Positions 50,634 to 64,000 of a stretch of DNA of 64,000 nt are shown piece after piece (positions within the stretch are counted from its first letter, which is position 1; each line of letters starts with the position of its first letter). This DNA comes from Xylographa opegraphella (taxonomy: Eukaryota): positions 1 through 64,000 of the forward strand of contig JALDZX010000083.1 of NCBI GenBank assembly GCA_022813865.1. Direction: 5' to 3'. Under the pieces are notes generated by a model. The model made no database searches. It was not told where the DNA came from and was given only the letters and a program-made list of their open reading frames with translations. Both the position numbers and the translations under genes were made by a program.

Positions 50634-51120
50634 ATGTGCAAAATTTTGAGACTTACTATCAGCGCTTTTTTTTTTTTTGGTTGCACTATTTCTGGGCATA
50701 GCGAGGGATATCATGCGGGGCTTATTTCACGAAGGTCTTTGGAAAATGTAGGGTAAGCATAGGAAAGGGATGAACGGCATGGCGTTCTTTATTCTGGTCT
50801 GTCATCTAATGTTTGGTCTCTTGTATGGCAGGCCCAGCAAAGCTTGTGTGGACGGTAATTGTATGGGATATGTTGGCTCCATTGTGTTATGGCATCAGCC
50901 TACCACGTTCATATGTGGGGCAAAAGGCGAACTTGTGCGGCTCATGGTTCCAATTCAGAAGGTATTGACTGCCATGGTTGAATGGAATAGCATCTGAGTT
51001 CAATTTCAGCTCTTTGTACATGGAGATCGTCATTGTTAGTATATACTGATTTACGATTTGCATGCATGCGAATGGTTCCATTGGGTAGAGTTGACTTCAC
51101 TGCCCCTACAGTATGGGTAA

Positions 51121-51709
51121 TCAGTTCTCATGATCTCCATCTAGCACCTTCTTTATGAAGCCATCAGAGAACCTGACCAACTGCTCATACGCGACTTCGA
51201 AGCCCCAGAGCTCACCATACCACGGGTCGATAATCTCTTCCCCCTTTTCCCCTCCATAGTCACCGAACAAGACTACATGGGCCAACTTTTCAGTGTCACC
51301 CCCGGCAGCCAGGCGCTGCCGCAGCACCTGCAAATCACGCAAGTTGCTTCTATCCATGGCAAGAACGTAATCAAAGCGATTGAAGTCCGACTTCTTGACC
51401 TTGCGAGCTACATGAGAATAATCCACGATCCCGTTCTCTTTCAGAACCGCCATGGTCCGCTCATCGGGACCGTTGCCAACGTTGTAGCTCTCGGTGCCAG
51501 CAGAGTCTACCAGCTTGATGCGTGGATCTGAGGAGGTCCGATGACGGAATACCGCTTCGCCCATGGGGGATCGACCTGAACATGATTGGTCAGGGGAACG
51601 AGGTAGTTGGACCTGGCCCAGGAGTCTTGCGAAGCTCACAGATATTGCCAAGACACACAAAAAGCACGGAGATGGGTGGCCGAGTGGTTGGAGGCTGGGT
51701 CGCGGCCAT
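51121..51709 (-). CDS. LTP1: Low-molecular-weight protein tyrosine phosphatase
   Basis: ISVLFVCLGNI|CRSPMGEAVF (P-loop split by an intron), DSAGT, LAMD, DPWYG. Confidence 0.95.
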
Positions 51710-52363
51710 CTTTAGACACTAAGAGGGGGGGAGGCTTCGATGATGGCCGTGGGGGGGGATAGAACAGGTGCGAACAGGTCACCAAGGGGACGTTTCGGTA
51801 GGATTCCGCGGGCCGTAAGTTAAGTTTTGAGGTAAGTTACACCGTACCAGGGTCACCACGCGTCCTTAGCGGGGCGCAGTAGCCAATCAGGAGCGTGTTA
51901 TTTATGGCTCCGTGATCAGCCGCAAGGACACGACTCGTGGCAGCGTGTAAGGCATATTTCACGCCGCAAGTGCCTGCGGAGAGTCGTTGTGAAGCTGCAA
52001 TACTTACAGGAAAACAATCTGGGGAAGCTTCTTTCATTTTTCTTCACCTGCGCTGCAAGTTCAGCTGGCGATTGAAGAGTATCTATAGCAGCCGATGTCG
52101 TATTTGTGACACATAGTGCGCCCGACCGCAAAGACCGCCTATCCACATCGGGGGCCTCCTCTATTGATCTCAGACCGTCGGGGCAACTCTGAAACGCCAT
52201 TTGCGAGTCCTTCGACTTCTGATCAGAAAGCCGAAACCTCGAGTGTCTCTGTGCAGTGTCCAGTGTGCAGATCTCTTGGATATCGAATTTGCCAAGAAGT
52301 CCAGCATTCCACAGTGCTCTGCTGTAAACAGCCCGGCACGAGGGAGGGTTCGCGATTCCCGCG

Positions 52364-55300
52364 ATGGCATACAATCGACTAGGTATGTTCTCTAATGCTC
52401 AAATCTCCTTCCACGTATCGATAATGTTTCCTTGCGCGTGAGGACTATCATTCACGCTGTGTACTTTACCTACAATAAGGGACAGTTCACGACTGACACA
52501 TTCTCTCTCCAGGTCACCCGGATTATCAGGGTGAAGAAGATGAATTCGCATCACCCACGATGCATCCCCACACAGGTCGAACACCTTCTCCTGGACAACC
52601 CCTGGCAGGTTACCAGCTAGAAGATGGCCCTTACAGACCACAACAAGCACCCCTACAAATACCTATGGGACCGCCAGGACACATGGCTTCGAGCGACAGG
52701 CTTGCAGCGCAACCCACATACTCCGTTGAAAATATCAACAACTCATATGGACACAACCAGGCCTACAATCAACAAATTTACAACATGCCGGGAACGCAAT
52801 ACAACTATCCTCCTACCGACTATGCGATCTCTCCTGAAGACCACCACGACGCCTACTACCAACGGCCCTACCAACCCTCTCCACTGAATGACCCCGAAGC
52901 AGATCCATATGCACCGCATGAGCAACAGCAGCCATACTATGACGAGAATGACCATGTCCCTATCCTGGGGCCTGAGAATCCCTATGGCCCAGATCCTCAA
53001 ACACCTGGGGAATATGATGGACAGTACGAAGCTCCCCATCCAATCCCCACCCCAAACCCGAAACCATTAAGGAGGTGGAAGACTGTCAAGGAGGTACAAC
53101 TATTCAACGGAAACTTGGTTCTTGATTGCCCAATTCCCCCAAAGCTTTTGAACCAAGTTCCTCACGCCATGCCTCCAGACAGAGATGAGTTCACCCATAT
53201 GCGCTATTCTGCTGCGACTTGCGATCCATCAGAGTTCTACGATGATCGATTTACTTTGCGCCAGAGGCTTTTCGCGAAACCGAGGCATACGGAGCTTTTC
53301 ATTGTCGTAACAATGTATAACGAGGACGAATTCTTGTTCGCGCGTACGATGATCGGTGTCTTCAAGAATATTGAGCACATGTGTTCGAGGACGAACAGTA
53401 AAACCTGGGGCAAGGAGGCGTGGAAGAAAATTGTGGTCTGCGTTGTTAGCGACGGGCGTGCCAAAATCAATCCAAGAACGAGAGCTGTGATAGCAGGTCT
53501 GGGTGTCTATCAGGATGGTATTGCTAAGCAGCAAGTCAACGGGAAAGACGTCACTGCACACATCTACGAGTACACCACTCAAGTAGGGATGGAGCTGAAG
53601 GGCAAAATGGTCCACTTGAAACCGAAGGGTGCTACTCCGGTGCAGATGATTTTCTGTCTCAAAGAGAAAAATCAAAAGAAGATCAATTCACATCGCTGGT
53701 TCTTCCAGGCATTCGGGCGAGTATTGGATCCGAACATTTGTGTGCTCATCGACGCTGGTACGAAGCCTGGGAAGGACTCCATATATCATCTCTGGAAAGC
53801 ATTCGATCTAGAACCCATGTGTGGAGGTGCTTGTGGGGAAATCAAGGTGATGTTGTCTGCTGGAAGAAAACTCATCAATCCATTAGTTGCGACACAGAAT
53901 TTTGAGTATAAAATGAGTAACATTCTTGACAAACCTTTGGAATCTGCTTTTGGATTTATCTCCGTGCTACCCGGTGCTTTCTCCGCATATCGCTACGTGG
54001 CTTTGCAAAACGACAAAACAGGTCAAGGACCATTGGAGAAGTACTTTGCCGGGGAGAAGCTGCATGGTGCTAATGCTGGAATTTTCACTGCAAATATGTA
54101 CCTTGCCGAGGATCGGATTCTCTGTTTTGAACTAGTGTCGAAAAGAAATTGCCGTTGGATATTACAATATGTAAAATCCTCGACCGGAGAGACTGATGTT
54201 CCAGACACAATGACGGAATTTATTCTGCAGCGACGAAGATGGTTGAACGGCAGTTTCTTTGCCGCTGTATATGCTATAGCGCACTTTTATCAGATCGGGC
54301 GAAGCGACCATAGTTTCGGGAGGAAATTGATGCTCTTCATCGAGTTCACATACCAGACCATCAATATGATTTTTGCATGGTTTGCTGTTGTAAGTATCAC
54401 TTGTTTCGAGCTGTACCGCTTTTCTGACCTCCCTAGGGCAATTTCTTTCTCGTATTCCATATATTGACGCAATCCCTCGGAGACTCAGATCTACTCGGAA
54501 CCGCTGGAACTATTCTGGGTGTCATTTTCGAATGGCTATACCTTGCTACGCTCATGACTTGTTTTGTGCTCGCACTTGGTAACCGGCCACAAGGTTCCAA
54601 CAAGTTTTATATGTCCATGGTCTATTTCTGGGTCATCATCATGATCTACCTTATCTTCGCCTCCATTTTTATCACCGTCAAATCCATTCAGATCCAACTC
54701 GCTGAGAAATCGTTCAGCATCAACGAATTATTTACCAATTCGCTGTTCTCAACTCTGATAGTATCACTTGCCTCTACTTATGTCCTCTGGTTTGTCGCTT
54801 CTATTTTGTTCTTCGATCCATGGCATATGTTCCACTCCGTAAGTCTACTTTTGCAAAACCGAGACTGTTATACAGACTGACTCATTCGTGTAGTTCATCC
54901 AATATCTGCTGCTGACACCTACATATATCAACATTCTCAATGTGTACGCTTTCTGCAATACTCATGACATAACATGGGGTACCAAAGGAGATGATAAAGC
55001 AGAGAAATTGCCATCTGCAAACCTCAAGCCCGGTGGAAAAGTTGAGGTCAACATACCGCAGGACGACGGCGACTTGAATGATCAGTACGATGCGGAAATG
55101 AAGATGATATCAGTCAAGGCACCGAAGGAGACGAAGAGTATATCCGCCTCCGAAAAGCAAGAGGATTATTACAAGGGTTTCAGGAGTGCGGTTGTGCTAG
55201 TGTGGATGTTCTCCAACCTCGCTCTCTCGGCAGTAGTGCTGAGTACAGCGGGCACGGGCGGAACTTATGTTGGCGTCAGCGACCCGAACGCCACGGCGAG

Positions 55301-55531
55301 GGCTACGATCTACATGGCCGTGGTGTTGTGGAGCGTGGCTGCTCTTTCGTTCTTCCGCTTCACGGGAGCGATGTGGTTCCTGGTCGTGCGTTTGGTAAGT
55401 CCCTCCTCCATCCCCTGCTCTCGACTGCACCCCCCCCCCCCCCACTTCCCCTGCCCCGCTGCATTCGGCCCATCTCCGCTTCGTGCGATGCATTTTGCTG
55501 ACCGTCTGCCATCCAGTTCCGAGGCGTTTGA
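52364..55531 (+). CDS. CHS1: Chitin synthase, class I
   Basis: First exon MAYNRL (52364-52382); [41 protein letters not shown]; last exon FRGV* (55517-55531). Confidence 0.95.
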
Positions 55532-56543
55532 TCTTTTTGTATAAGCACTGTATATTTCACGACCCGAGTGTTGTTTTCGCCCGGCCCTGGGCCATACCCT
55601 GCATGCATGGGCGTCCCGCGCGGCGTAGGCGCTGCTGCTCTAGACAATTATTTCGTTTCCCGTCCTTCTGCTTTCAAATATCTGTGTCCTGTCACGGTGT
55701 CTTCGTTGATGAGCGCGGCTGGTGTCCACTGCCTCGCACTTCCGCTTGCCTCATAACCCGTCGCTAGCTAACTACAGCGCCCTCTCCCATCCCCATTTCC
55801 TTTCTGCAGCGGTTTCTCCGCCCCTACTTTGTCCTGCACAGTCGTCAGCGCAGAGGTTATCCCCCCTCGGTTCCGTTGCCGCCCGCTCCGGAGCTATCAT
55901 CCCCTGCGCCGTCCACCGGAAAGCGAGGAGGGAGTGAAACCGGATTGATGGTTCCACCCTTGAATCCTCTTGCAATTAACGATGTTAGGGTATGTTGAGA
56001 CGTCGGCCTTGGGGCTTGGAGTCAGTGGCGTTCGGTCTTCGGGTTTCCCAAGCCGGGGTGCGTTTTGTGTGCGCACGTTCATGGCTCCTTTGTTACCTTT
56101 GGCTCCTTTTTTCTTTTAAGGTAGTGATGGCTTAGGTGGTACTTTGGAGCTGCGCTACTAGGCGTCGTTTAGCGCACCCGCTTGGCTCTGTGGTAGGATC
56201 GCATGGGGGCTTTGTCTTTTCTTTTCTTTTCTTCTTGACGGGCTGTGCTTGAAACGAGCGCTGGGCTGGGGGTGGGTTGCGGGTGGCGAGTGTGGTGGGT
56301 TTGTGGGGGGAAGGGTGATGAGACGAGGGGAGCCGGGTTGGAGGAGAGGGAGGAATGATCGGGCGGCGAGGGTGGGTGCGCTCGAGCAGAATCTGGGGCA
56401 ACGTGCTCTAATTTGGAAGACGTGTTCTCAATTAACGTGTAGCTTATGTTTTATAGGCTATAACAAAATGTCCCGGTTCATCAAAACCGGAACCCTACTT
56501 GTTCGCCGACAACGGTTGAGTTGGAAACCCTGCACAATAGCGA

Positions 56544-57500
56544 TCATGAAGACGTCGGCCGAGACTGCAAAATCCACTTGACCTCATCAACCACGAGATC
56601 CGGCTCGTACACCTGCACATTGTGCCCGCTATTTTCGGTAAAGTGGTATCGACTGTGGCTCGACAGGCGAAGCTGTTCCCGCTGCAGCTTCTCCTCGAGC
56701 GCATCAAAAGTCGCGAACAGCTTGGTCACTTGGGCCCTCTGCTCCTCCGTTCCGTTCCCTCTTTCGGTCGCGGCCTTGAGGATGGCGTTCAGCTCCCTGA
56801 TCGTGTTCGCCCTGACCACGCTGACCGGATACGACCCCAGGACTTGACGGTCGAACTGCTTGTGCGCTGCCAGTGCGTCCGCACTGCTCGCATAGTCCGC
56901 TTTTTCGAGTCCTACGTACTCGCCATCGTCGCCATTGTCGCTCGCCATGATGTCCCAGTCCTCTTCACTGAGTTTGTGGCTCTTCTTCATGCCGCAGACT
57001 TCGTAGTAGTTGATACCGTCCAACATGGCTTCCAGGAGCTCGTCGACAATGGGGCGATCGCTGTACGTTCTCTCTTGATTCGCATCTAGAAGGCAAAGAC
57101 CCACCACGTCTTTCGGCCGCTGGGCCAGAAACAGTCTTGCTAGAATTCCACCGTAGGACTGCCCGACAAGCACGTATGGTGGTTCAAGGTGCATTGCCTT
57201 TAGAAGAGTAGATAGTTCCTCGGCGATGACCTCTCCAGTGCGTGGGGAGGGCGAGGGTGCTTTCTCGCTCTTGCCCAGACCGGTCCGGTCGTATGCCATG
57301 ATGCGGGCGAAGCGAATGCAACCTCGTAGAACGGACGGCCATGAGGTTATGCTGCTTCCTAAGCCGGTCACGACAATGACAAGAGGCTCTCCAGCTTTAC
57401 GGGTCGGACCTGCAATTTTCGCGAATAGCTTGTGCGTGCCTATCGAGACGAGACCTGATTTGTCGCCGGATTGCCAGTCGATGTCGGATGAGTCGGCCAT
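56544..57500 (-). CDS. Alpha/beta-hydrolase fold protein, intronless
   Basis: YDRTGLGKS, nucleophile elbow GQSYGG, C-terminal SGHNVQVYEPDLV. Confidence 0.9.
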   Translation of the reverse strand: MADSSDIDWQSGDKSGLVSIGTHKLFAKIAGPTRKAGEPLVIVVTGLGSSITSWPSVLRGCIRFARIMAYDRTGLGKSEKAPSPSPRTGEVIAEELSTLLKAMHLEPPYVLVGQSYGGILARLFLAQRPKDVVGLCLLDANQERTYSDRPIVDELLEAMLDGINYYEVCGMKKSHKLSEEDWDIMASDNGDDGEYVGLEKADYASSADALAAHKQFDRQVLGSYPVSVVRANTIRELNAILKAATERGNGTEEQRAQVTKLFATFDALEEKLQREQLRLSSHSRYHFTENSGHNVQVYEPDLVVDEVKWILQSRPTSS

Positions 57501-58052
57501 TGTGAAATATTGTATTTGATAATCGGCATGTGGAAACTGTGGCAGCACAGATACTAAGGAAATGATAAAGGAGGACTTGAATAGAGCTCAGAGATCATTA
57601 GAGAAGATAGTAGAAATATTTTTGAATGTTTTATATCAAATATCGTACTTGAAAACGACCGCGTAGATATGGGAAAGGTAGATAGCAATTCAAACACGTC
57701 GTCCGTATATGTACAACCAGGCGTCACACTGTCTTATTAGGCTGAAAATGCAACCCACCTTGCCACTATGAGGAATTGAAAAGACTACCGGGTAATACGT
57801 TCCTCTGATAGCGGCGTAGCGCACTAAGCAAGATAGAGAAGGCGATACCCTCCGTACAATCTCCAGACAAAGCTGAGGTAACTTCATCCCAGCATACCCT
57901 AATCGATATCCGAATCCGAACCCACCAATCACGGAAGGGCCGACGCCTAGCCCCCGGCCAGCTTTCATCCCCTACACCAGCTCTGCTCTGATACGCACTC
58001 CCTGACGCAAGACAGCTATGTGATACTCCTCAGCCACAGTCCCCATAAATAC

Positions 58053-59161
58053 ATGGCACCGCCTCCAGCTGTACGTCCGCACCACCTCCCGTCCGCGGTG
58101 CAACAGCTCACGCGAGCCAGACCCCCTCCCCGCACCGCTTCGTCCCCCAGTCCAGAGGCCGCGCTGACCCCAAGCCGCAATCCTCTCTGCGGAACCGCTA
58201 CAGCCTACTGTCTTCTGCGAGCGCGCAGCAGCAGTTCGCGCCTACACCGAAGTTCTCGGCGCGGCCTTCCGCAAGCCACGAGGATGTAGCGGCTTCGACG
58301 GCGAGCTCGCCGCTGGTGTCGAGGGCGCGGCCGGCGTGGAAGGGGCAGCAGCGCGAGGAGATAGAGGAGACTGCGGAGTGGGACGGGGAGGAGGATGGCG
58401 ACGAGGATCCCCGTCGTGAGGTGTCTGGCGACGAAGATGTCGCGGAACTTGAGCTGCCGGGTCAAGCACAACAGTCCCTTGGACCGCATAAGCGCCGGCG
58501 CTCTTCCCCTCTCGCCGCTGATCGGGATGCTATCCGCATCTCTGACGACGACGACGAAGGCGATCCCGGTGCACTATCGCCAACCTCTGGCTCCTCCTCC
58601 CCGCTCGGCTCACCCACAACTACACACCTTCCACTCCCTCCCTCAGCAGCCGCTCACGGCATCCCCGCTAGCACCGCTACCACTCCACGTTTCCACCTCG
58701 CCCCGCCCCCATCGACACCCACTCCGCTCAGCCTACCAAGATTCATCATCCCCACCCCCGCCCTCACGGAGCCTCCAGCTCCGTTGCCGGAAGCCTTCTC
58801 CCCACACCGCCGGGGAGCAAAGTACCTCCCTTCCGGGCTCGCGGCGACATGTCGGGACTGGGTTCTCTCGGCATCGCAGCTGGGTACGCGGATGAGGAAG
58901 ATCGAGAGCGGAGATGATGGGGAGGCCGAGTTGGCCGCGAGGGTGAGGGTGCAGGAGGTGAGGCATGGGCAGGGCATGGTGCTGGTGAGAAGCGGTAAGG
59001 GGGAGCGGTGGATGCTGATCGGAGGCCATCGAACCGGAGCGGGGCTGCGCGAGGGAGAGGTGGTGGGCGTGAAGAGGCCGGTGTGGGAGGTAGAAGTGGA
59101 CGGCGAGACGTGGGGCGTTGGAGTGGAATGGGCTTTGCTAGGGGAGGCACGGGAAAGCTGA
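58053..59161 (+). CDS. Uncharacterised fungal protein
   Basis: Exon 58053-58070, intron 58071-58120, in-frame exon TPSPHRF..QFAPTPKF..FSPHRRGAKYLPSGLAATCRDWV..PVWEVEVDGETWGVGVEW. Confidence 0.75.
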
Positions 59162-59269
59162 GGATCGAATGCATCGCACGATATTGCACCACAAAAGGGA
59201 ATCTCATGGCCATACTGTTCGGACGCCAATTCGGCGTCCTCTCTTGCTACCCAGCATCCTTCCACCCGA

Positions 59270-62200
59270 TCACTCAAATACCCCCATCCCCAACGCTCCC
59301 AAAACCCCTCTCCTCATCTCCCCCACCCTGATCTTCTCTTCCTTCCTCCTCCTCTCCACCTCCTTCACCGCCTTATTCCGCTCCATCTCCCTCGCAAAAT
59401 AGTTGATACTACTCCGCTTCGTACCCCCCCTCCGCACAAAGTCGCCCTTCTCCCCTCCCCCAGCCGCACGCTCCGTAACAGCAGTCGTGATACCGTGCGT
59501 CTCCGTCACCTGCGTCGTCGCTCTGCGCAGCAGACTCGGGACCTTGAAGCCCATACCGGGTACGGTATTCGGATCGTTGAAGGCGAGCCGCGTCGTCACG
59601 GAGGCGGAAGAAGCGGATTCGGCGCGCATCAGGGAGATGCGGTCGATGATATTGGCAGTGCGCCGCCGAGGGCCGAAGAGCTCGTGGCCGGGTTGCTGCG
59701 GGTTCTCGTTTTGGGCTTCCCCTTCTTCGTCCGACGTGTCTGAGTGAGGAATCTCCGTTGCGCCTTGCGGCTCTTCGATCAGGAACGAGACGGACTCGCG
59801 GATCTCGGCCAGAGTGGCGGGTTTCCTCATCGTTGGGACACGGCGCGCCTGAGGGGGAGGGCGGTTGGCGCCGTTAGGGAGCGATTCTTGCAGAGGTCGT
59901 TTACGCTTGAGGCCTGCGGACTCGGGCAACACGTTTTGCAGTTGAAAATCGGTGTTCTCCTGGCTTTCGAGGACGACCTCGGATGATTCATCTTCGCGTT
60001 CGAGGAAATCGATATCCTCGTCATCCTCGCGATCTTCGATTGCGCGTAGGAACGCGAGCTTTTTGGGATCTTCCGCGATCTTGCCCACGTTCTCATTTGC
60101 GAGCAGCGCTTTGCGCATCTTGGCAAACTCGCGTCTTTTGATCCGTCGACGGGCCTCGATGTCGTCGTCCGAGTCAGACAGATCGAACTCTGTGCCGCGC
60201 TTTCTCCGCAGTCCGCCGTTGTTGATATCCTTGAAGAGTTTTTCTACGGCTTTGGCATCGCTTGCGCGCTCCTTGTCACTGTATATTGGAAGTTAGCGAA
60301 CAATGTAGCACTGCGCAAGGCGGCATCACATACGCATAAAATGCAGCCAGCTTTCTCTCATCAACGTTGACCTCCCCTTCGTCGATCATTTCCCGGACTT
60401 CTTCGTCATCCTCAGCCATACTGTCATCGTCACTGGCACCACCGAGTCCAGCATACTCGTCTTCAGACTCCTCAGCTTGTTCTTCAACCATACCCTTCGC
60501 ATCGCTCTTCTTCTTGTCGAACACTTCGATATTAGCATCCTTCTTCTTGCTTGCTATCTTCATGACGTCAAAAGCATCTGCTGAGACCTTGAATTGTGCA
60601 TGCTGCTCAGTTGATTGAGCTACGCCTGCATCCTCACTTACGTTCTCCTCGTCTGAGAAGATACGCACAACACTGCCACGACGTCGCAGTTTTCCTTTCT
60701 TCTTCACGATAGAAAACTGTACCTGTGCGCCTCCAGCAACAACGACCGTATCAACAGTTGACGGTGGAACCGAGACAAATCGTACAGCTAGAGGCGACGA
60801 GGAACCAAAGCCAGCGTCTTGTGTCGGATCTGGGATATCTGAGTATTGCGTGGCGATGGGAGGTGTATCATGCTGAATCTGTGATTGTGAGAAGTGAAGG
60901 TCAACGGCTGGAGCACTGAGAGCACCCGTCTGACTGTCCGGCACAATGGTATCGGGTCCATCCTCATCGAACATGGGAAAGTCTGGATCTGGGGCCGCTC
61001 TCAAGAATGCAAGGGAGTCCTGTTCGAGCTCTGTACCTTGTGTGTTCTTACACCCTTGTGTCGGACTTTCAGCCATCGTAGCTTCAAACGCTTGAGTGAG
61101 ACCCATAGGAGCATTATCGGATCCTGGCAGTGCCGGTGGGAATGGATTTCCTGTCTCCTCCACCATTGGTTTCGTTGATGCATCTACAAGTCCATCATCC
61201 TCATCGTCCTCATCTTCTATGATACGTTGAGGATTGTGTCGCCGCTTGTTTTGGATGGCTGGCAGTTGATACTCCATGTCATCGTCCTCACCAGCATCAT
61301 CTGGTTTCTCTTCTGTTTCTTCGTCACTTTCTTCAATTGCTTCATTGTCAATGAGAGGGGTCAACGAAGTATTCTGAGGATTAAGCGTAACGCCTCCTGT
61401 CTCCTCTTCGTCTTCTGCTGCACCTGTATTTTCCTCCTCACCATCACTTTCATCTGAATCTGAAGCCCGATCTTCATCATCGACTTCCTCATCAGAACCA
61501 GAAAGCTCAAGATCTGGAACATCTACCTGGACATCCATGTAATCCTCGTCTTCATCGCTAGAGTCTTCTTCCATTCCGTTTGCCTGCCGCTCTTTTTTGG
61601 TTGCATTCTTTTCCTTCTTGGTGAGTTCTTCTCCTTCTCTTCTCGCCTTTTCCAATAGATCTTCAACATCAGCTTGATCTCGTTGCCGTTCCTCTGTTGT
61701 CTGAACGATGATGCCTCGATCCTTCAGATCCTGGATTTTCTCGGCACGTTCTCTCGCGGCCTGCTGACGAGCTCGCCTTTGTAACAAGGATTGCAATTGT
61801 CCCAGTGTCATTGATCCTTTGGTTTTATCACTTCGTTTGGAAGGAGATGTAAGATGAGCTAACACACGCAGAGTCTGGAGCGATCGTCTTTCTTCAACTT
61901 TGTTTGGCTGCAGTCTATCAAAAACATCCAGTTTACTACCTCGACATCTTTTAGCATGAACAATTTCCAGGTCATCCTCAAGTCCATCCGACATGAGTGA
62001 AGTCTGATGGAACGGTTCCTTGGGCGGCCGAACTCGGATCGGAGGATGAGTGAAGACCGTCTTTTTGGACTTTGATAATTGCTGGTCTTGGAAAGGTTGA
62101 ACAGGGTCTACGGCCTTGCCCTTACCCTTATCCTTAGCACATATGGGTGTTGACATAACGTCCTCCGGACTTGGTAGCTCCTCTTCGAAGTCAACCAGCG

Positions 62201-63524
62201 ACTTGGTCTCACCAAAAGCAGATCCTGCGTCATTCGTCTCATTTCTAGAAATTTTCTTGTCAACAGCGTCTGAGAGGTCGGCTGGCTTAAGAGGGCTGGT
62301 AGGTGGTGTCTCGTGATCCATCACGCCTTCAACATCAGACACTGGTGTGGAACTGGCCGCTACTGAGGAATTATGCGATTTTGCAGCATCTGTCGAAGGA
62401 CGCTTAATAGGTCGGAAGTTGAATTTGGCTAGAAGACTCTCCTTGGTCACCTTCTTTTTTGTCTTGGCCTGATGTGCAAGCTGCATATTACGACTCATAC
62501 GCTGTGTCTCCCTGTTCATTTCTTCGAGCGCTTTCTTGCTAGCTTTGCGGGTCGGCCTGGTTTGTTGGGTGAGCTTGTCCTCCGTAGCACTATCATCCTC
62601 AATGTCGTCGTCTGATAAAACTCCAGCTATACTAGCACGGTTTTTCGCTTTCAATTGCCTCTCGGCACTCTTCTGTTCCTCGGCTGCAACTTTAGCTTGA
62701 CGCTCTGCCCGCTTCTTTGCAACCAGTGCAAGAAATCGATTGTTTGCTTGAAGATCGCGAGGAGAGTCCGGGTGTGACTCAGGAGAGCTTCTTGCTACTT
62801 TTGAGCCCGATGAAGCGGCGGCTGGTTCGGGAGTCAGAAACAAGCCAGGAGAAGAAACATGTGTTCTAGGCGGGGTAGCTGGCTTTTGTCTTTCGGATGT
62901 AGGTGACCGGCTTGGAGATGAGCCGTGAAGTGGTGTAGATATTCGCGAGGAACGGCTGATCTTTGGTCCTGTCACTACCGGTCGTTTCTTGCGAGTCAAG
63001 AACTTTCTTGTCAATTTCATTTCCTGCTCGATGTTCGGACTGCCTTCGTGATTCAATGCTTCCGTGTTTTCAGCCGTATTATCTGTGTCCCCAAGTAATT
63101 GCTGGCGAATCCTATCATAAGCATTTGTCGGAGTATCGGAAGCATTCTCCAAGGCTGAAGCTTCATGATCGTGACCAATGTTCCCAACAAGCCGAGCAGC
63201 CAATCTTCCCTGAGGACGTATAACATCGCTATCCTCGTCATCGTCATATCGACTCCCTCTGTCGCCGTGATTTGATTGTCCAAATGGATCTCCTGCCCTT
63301 CCGCTGCCACTTCCATCTTCTCCTACTCTGTCAACGGTGGGAAATATGCTTGTATTTGTACGGGGCGTATCTTCTTCAGAGTCATCGTCAAGTGTAGCTA
63401 GTAAAGCCTTTACTCTGCTTCCCAGTGTGATTTGATCGTATATTGTAGATTCATCGTGATTTGACTGAGTGGAAGCTGCTACAGAGGCGTTTCCCGGCGA
63501 AGATAGCGATCTCTGGCTTGACAT
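59270..63524 (-). CDS. MRC1: Replication checkpoint mediator Mrc1 (claspin-like)
   Basis: RKASKKALEEMNRETQRMSRNMQLAHQA, many SQ/TQ sites, MVEEQAEESEDEYAGLGGASDD, KLAFLRAIED; one intron near 60279-60331. Confidence 0.92.
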
Positions 63525-63570
63525 CGTTACGGTCGCGGACGCAATGCTGGATCCTAAGTCGATGAAGAAC

Positions 63571-63660
63571 ACCGCGTTAGAAGTTATTGCAGCGTTCTCA
63601 ACCTCGCGAACGCGGTTGTGGAAGTCCGGGTAGTCTGTGGGAGACGCGACCCAGACGCGT
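63571..63660. promoter_or_regulatory. Cluster of MCB/MCB-like elements upstream of MRC1
   Basis: ACGCGT 63655-63660, ACGCGA 63644-63649, further CGCG cores near 63573 and 63605-63614. Confidence 0.65.
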
Positions 63661-64000
63661 AGATATACCCACACGGTTAAGGCCCTACCAAAGTGTTCAG
63701 GTTCGGGGCCGGAGGAACCATAACAGCGAAGCTCCTAGGTCTTAGCATAAAACCAAGCCCCTAATGCTCCTAAAACAAAAGTACAGAAACATTATGGAAC
63801 AAAAATACTGTATAGAAGGAAGGATTCTCTTTGGTAGAAATCATATCCAACTCATGTTACACTTTTACCCATAAAGTACAGAGAATTCAATACTATTAGC
63901 ACAAAAACGAATAAACATCTGAGACCTTAAGCCAGTTTGCTGTGCATTTCTATTAATTCAATGACGAATGCGAAGTTGTTTCGAGTTCTCGGTCTTGATT

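Noticed and set aside
55532..56540. Long non-coding stretch with TTAGGG as a telomerase RNA candidate
   Set aside because: A single hexamer without a 1.5-repeat template; more simply the UTRs of two convergent genes.
56544..57500. Intronless hydrolase as a bacterial horizontal transfer
   Set aside because: The family is common in fungi and several neighbours are also intronless; no support without a phylogeny.

Overview
Gene-dense, intron-containing fungal DNA from a filamentous ascomycete (Pezizomycotina; inferred from short GT-AG introns with CTRAC-type branch sites and from gene content). About 28 protein genes are supportable, mostly housekeeping: EMG1, TIF34, C1-THF synthase, IDP1, MBF1, CDT1, SCL1, LTP1, a class I chitin synthase and MRC1, plus MFS, GH20, PPR, DUF2434 and DUF1365 proteins and a spliced C2H2 zinc-finger gene missed by the ORF track. 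The most unusual element is a ~275-nt minus-strand unit at 26595-26870. It has a non-canonical tRNA-like head with intact Pol III A/B boxes, a purine-rich 12-14-nt repeat array with a G-quadruplex motif, and a perfect hairpin followed by an oligo-T terminator. Other oddities: an accessory island (33.1-37.6 kb) with an orphan His/Asp-repeat gene and a perfect 58-bp inverted repeat around an assembly gap, a sterol-desaturase-family gene with three -1 frameshifts, and an apparently 5'-truncated CorA-like gene abutting a TPR gene. All family calls are from motif recognition, not database searches.
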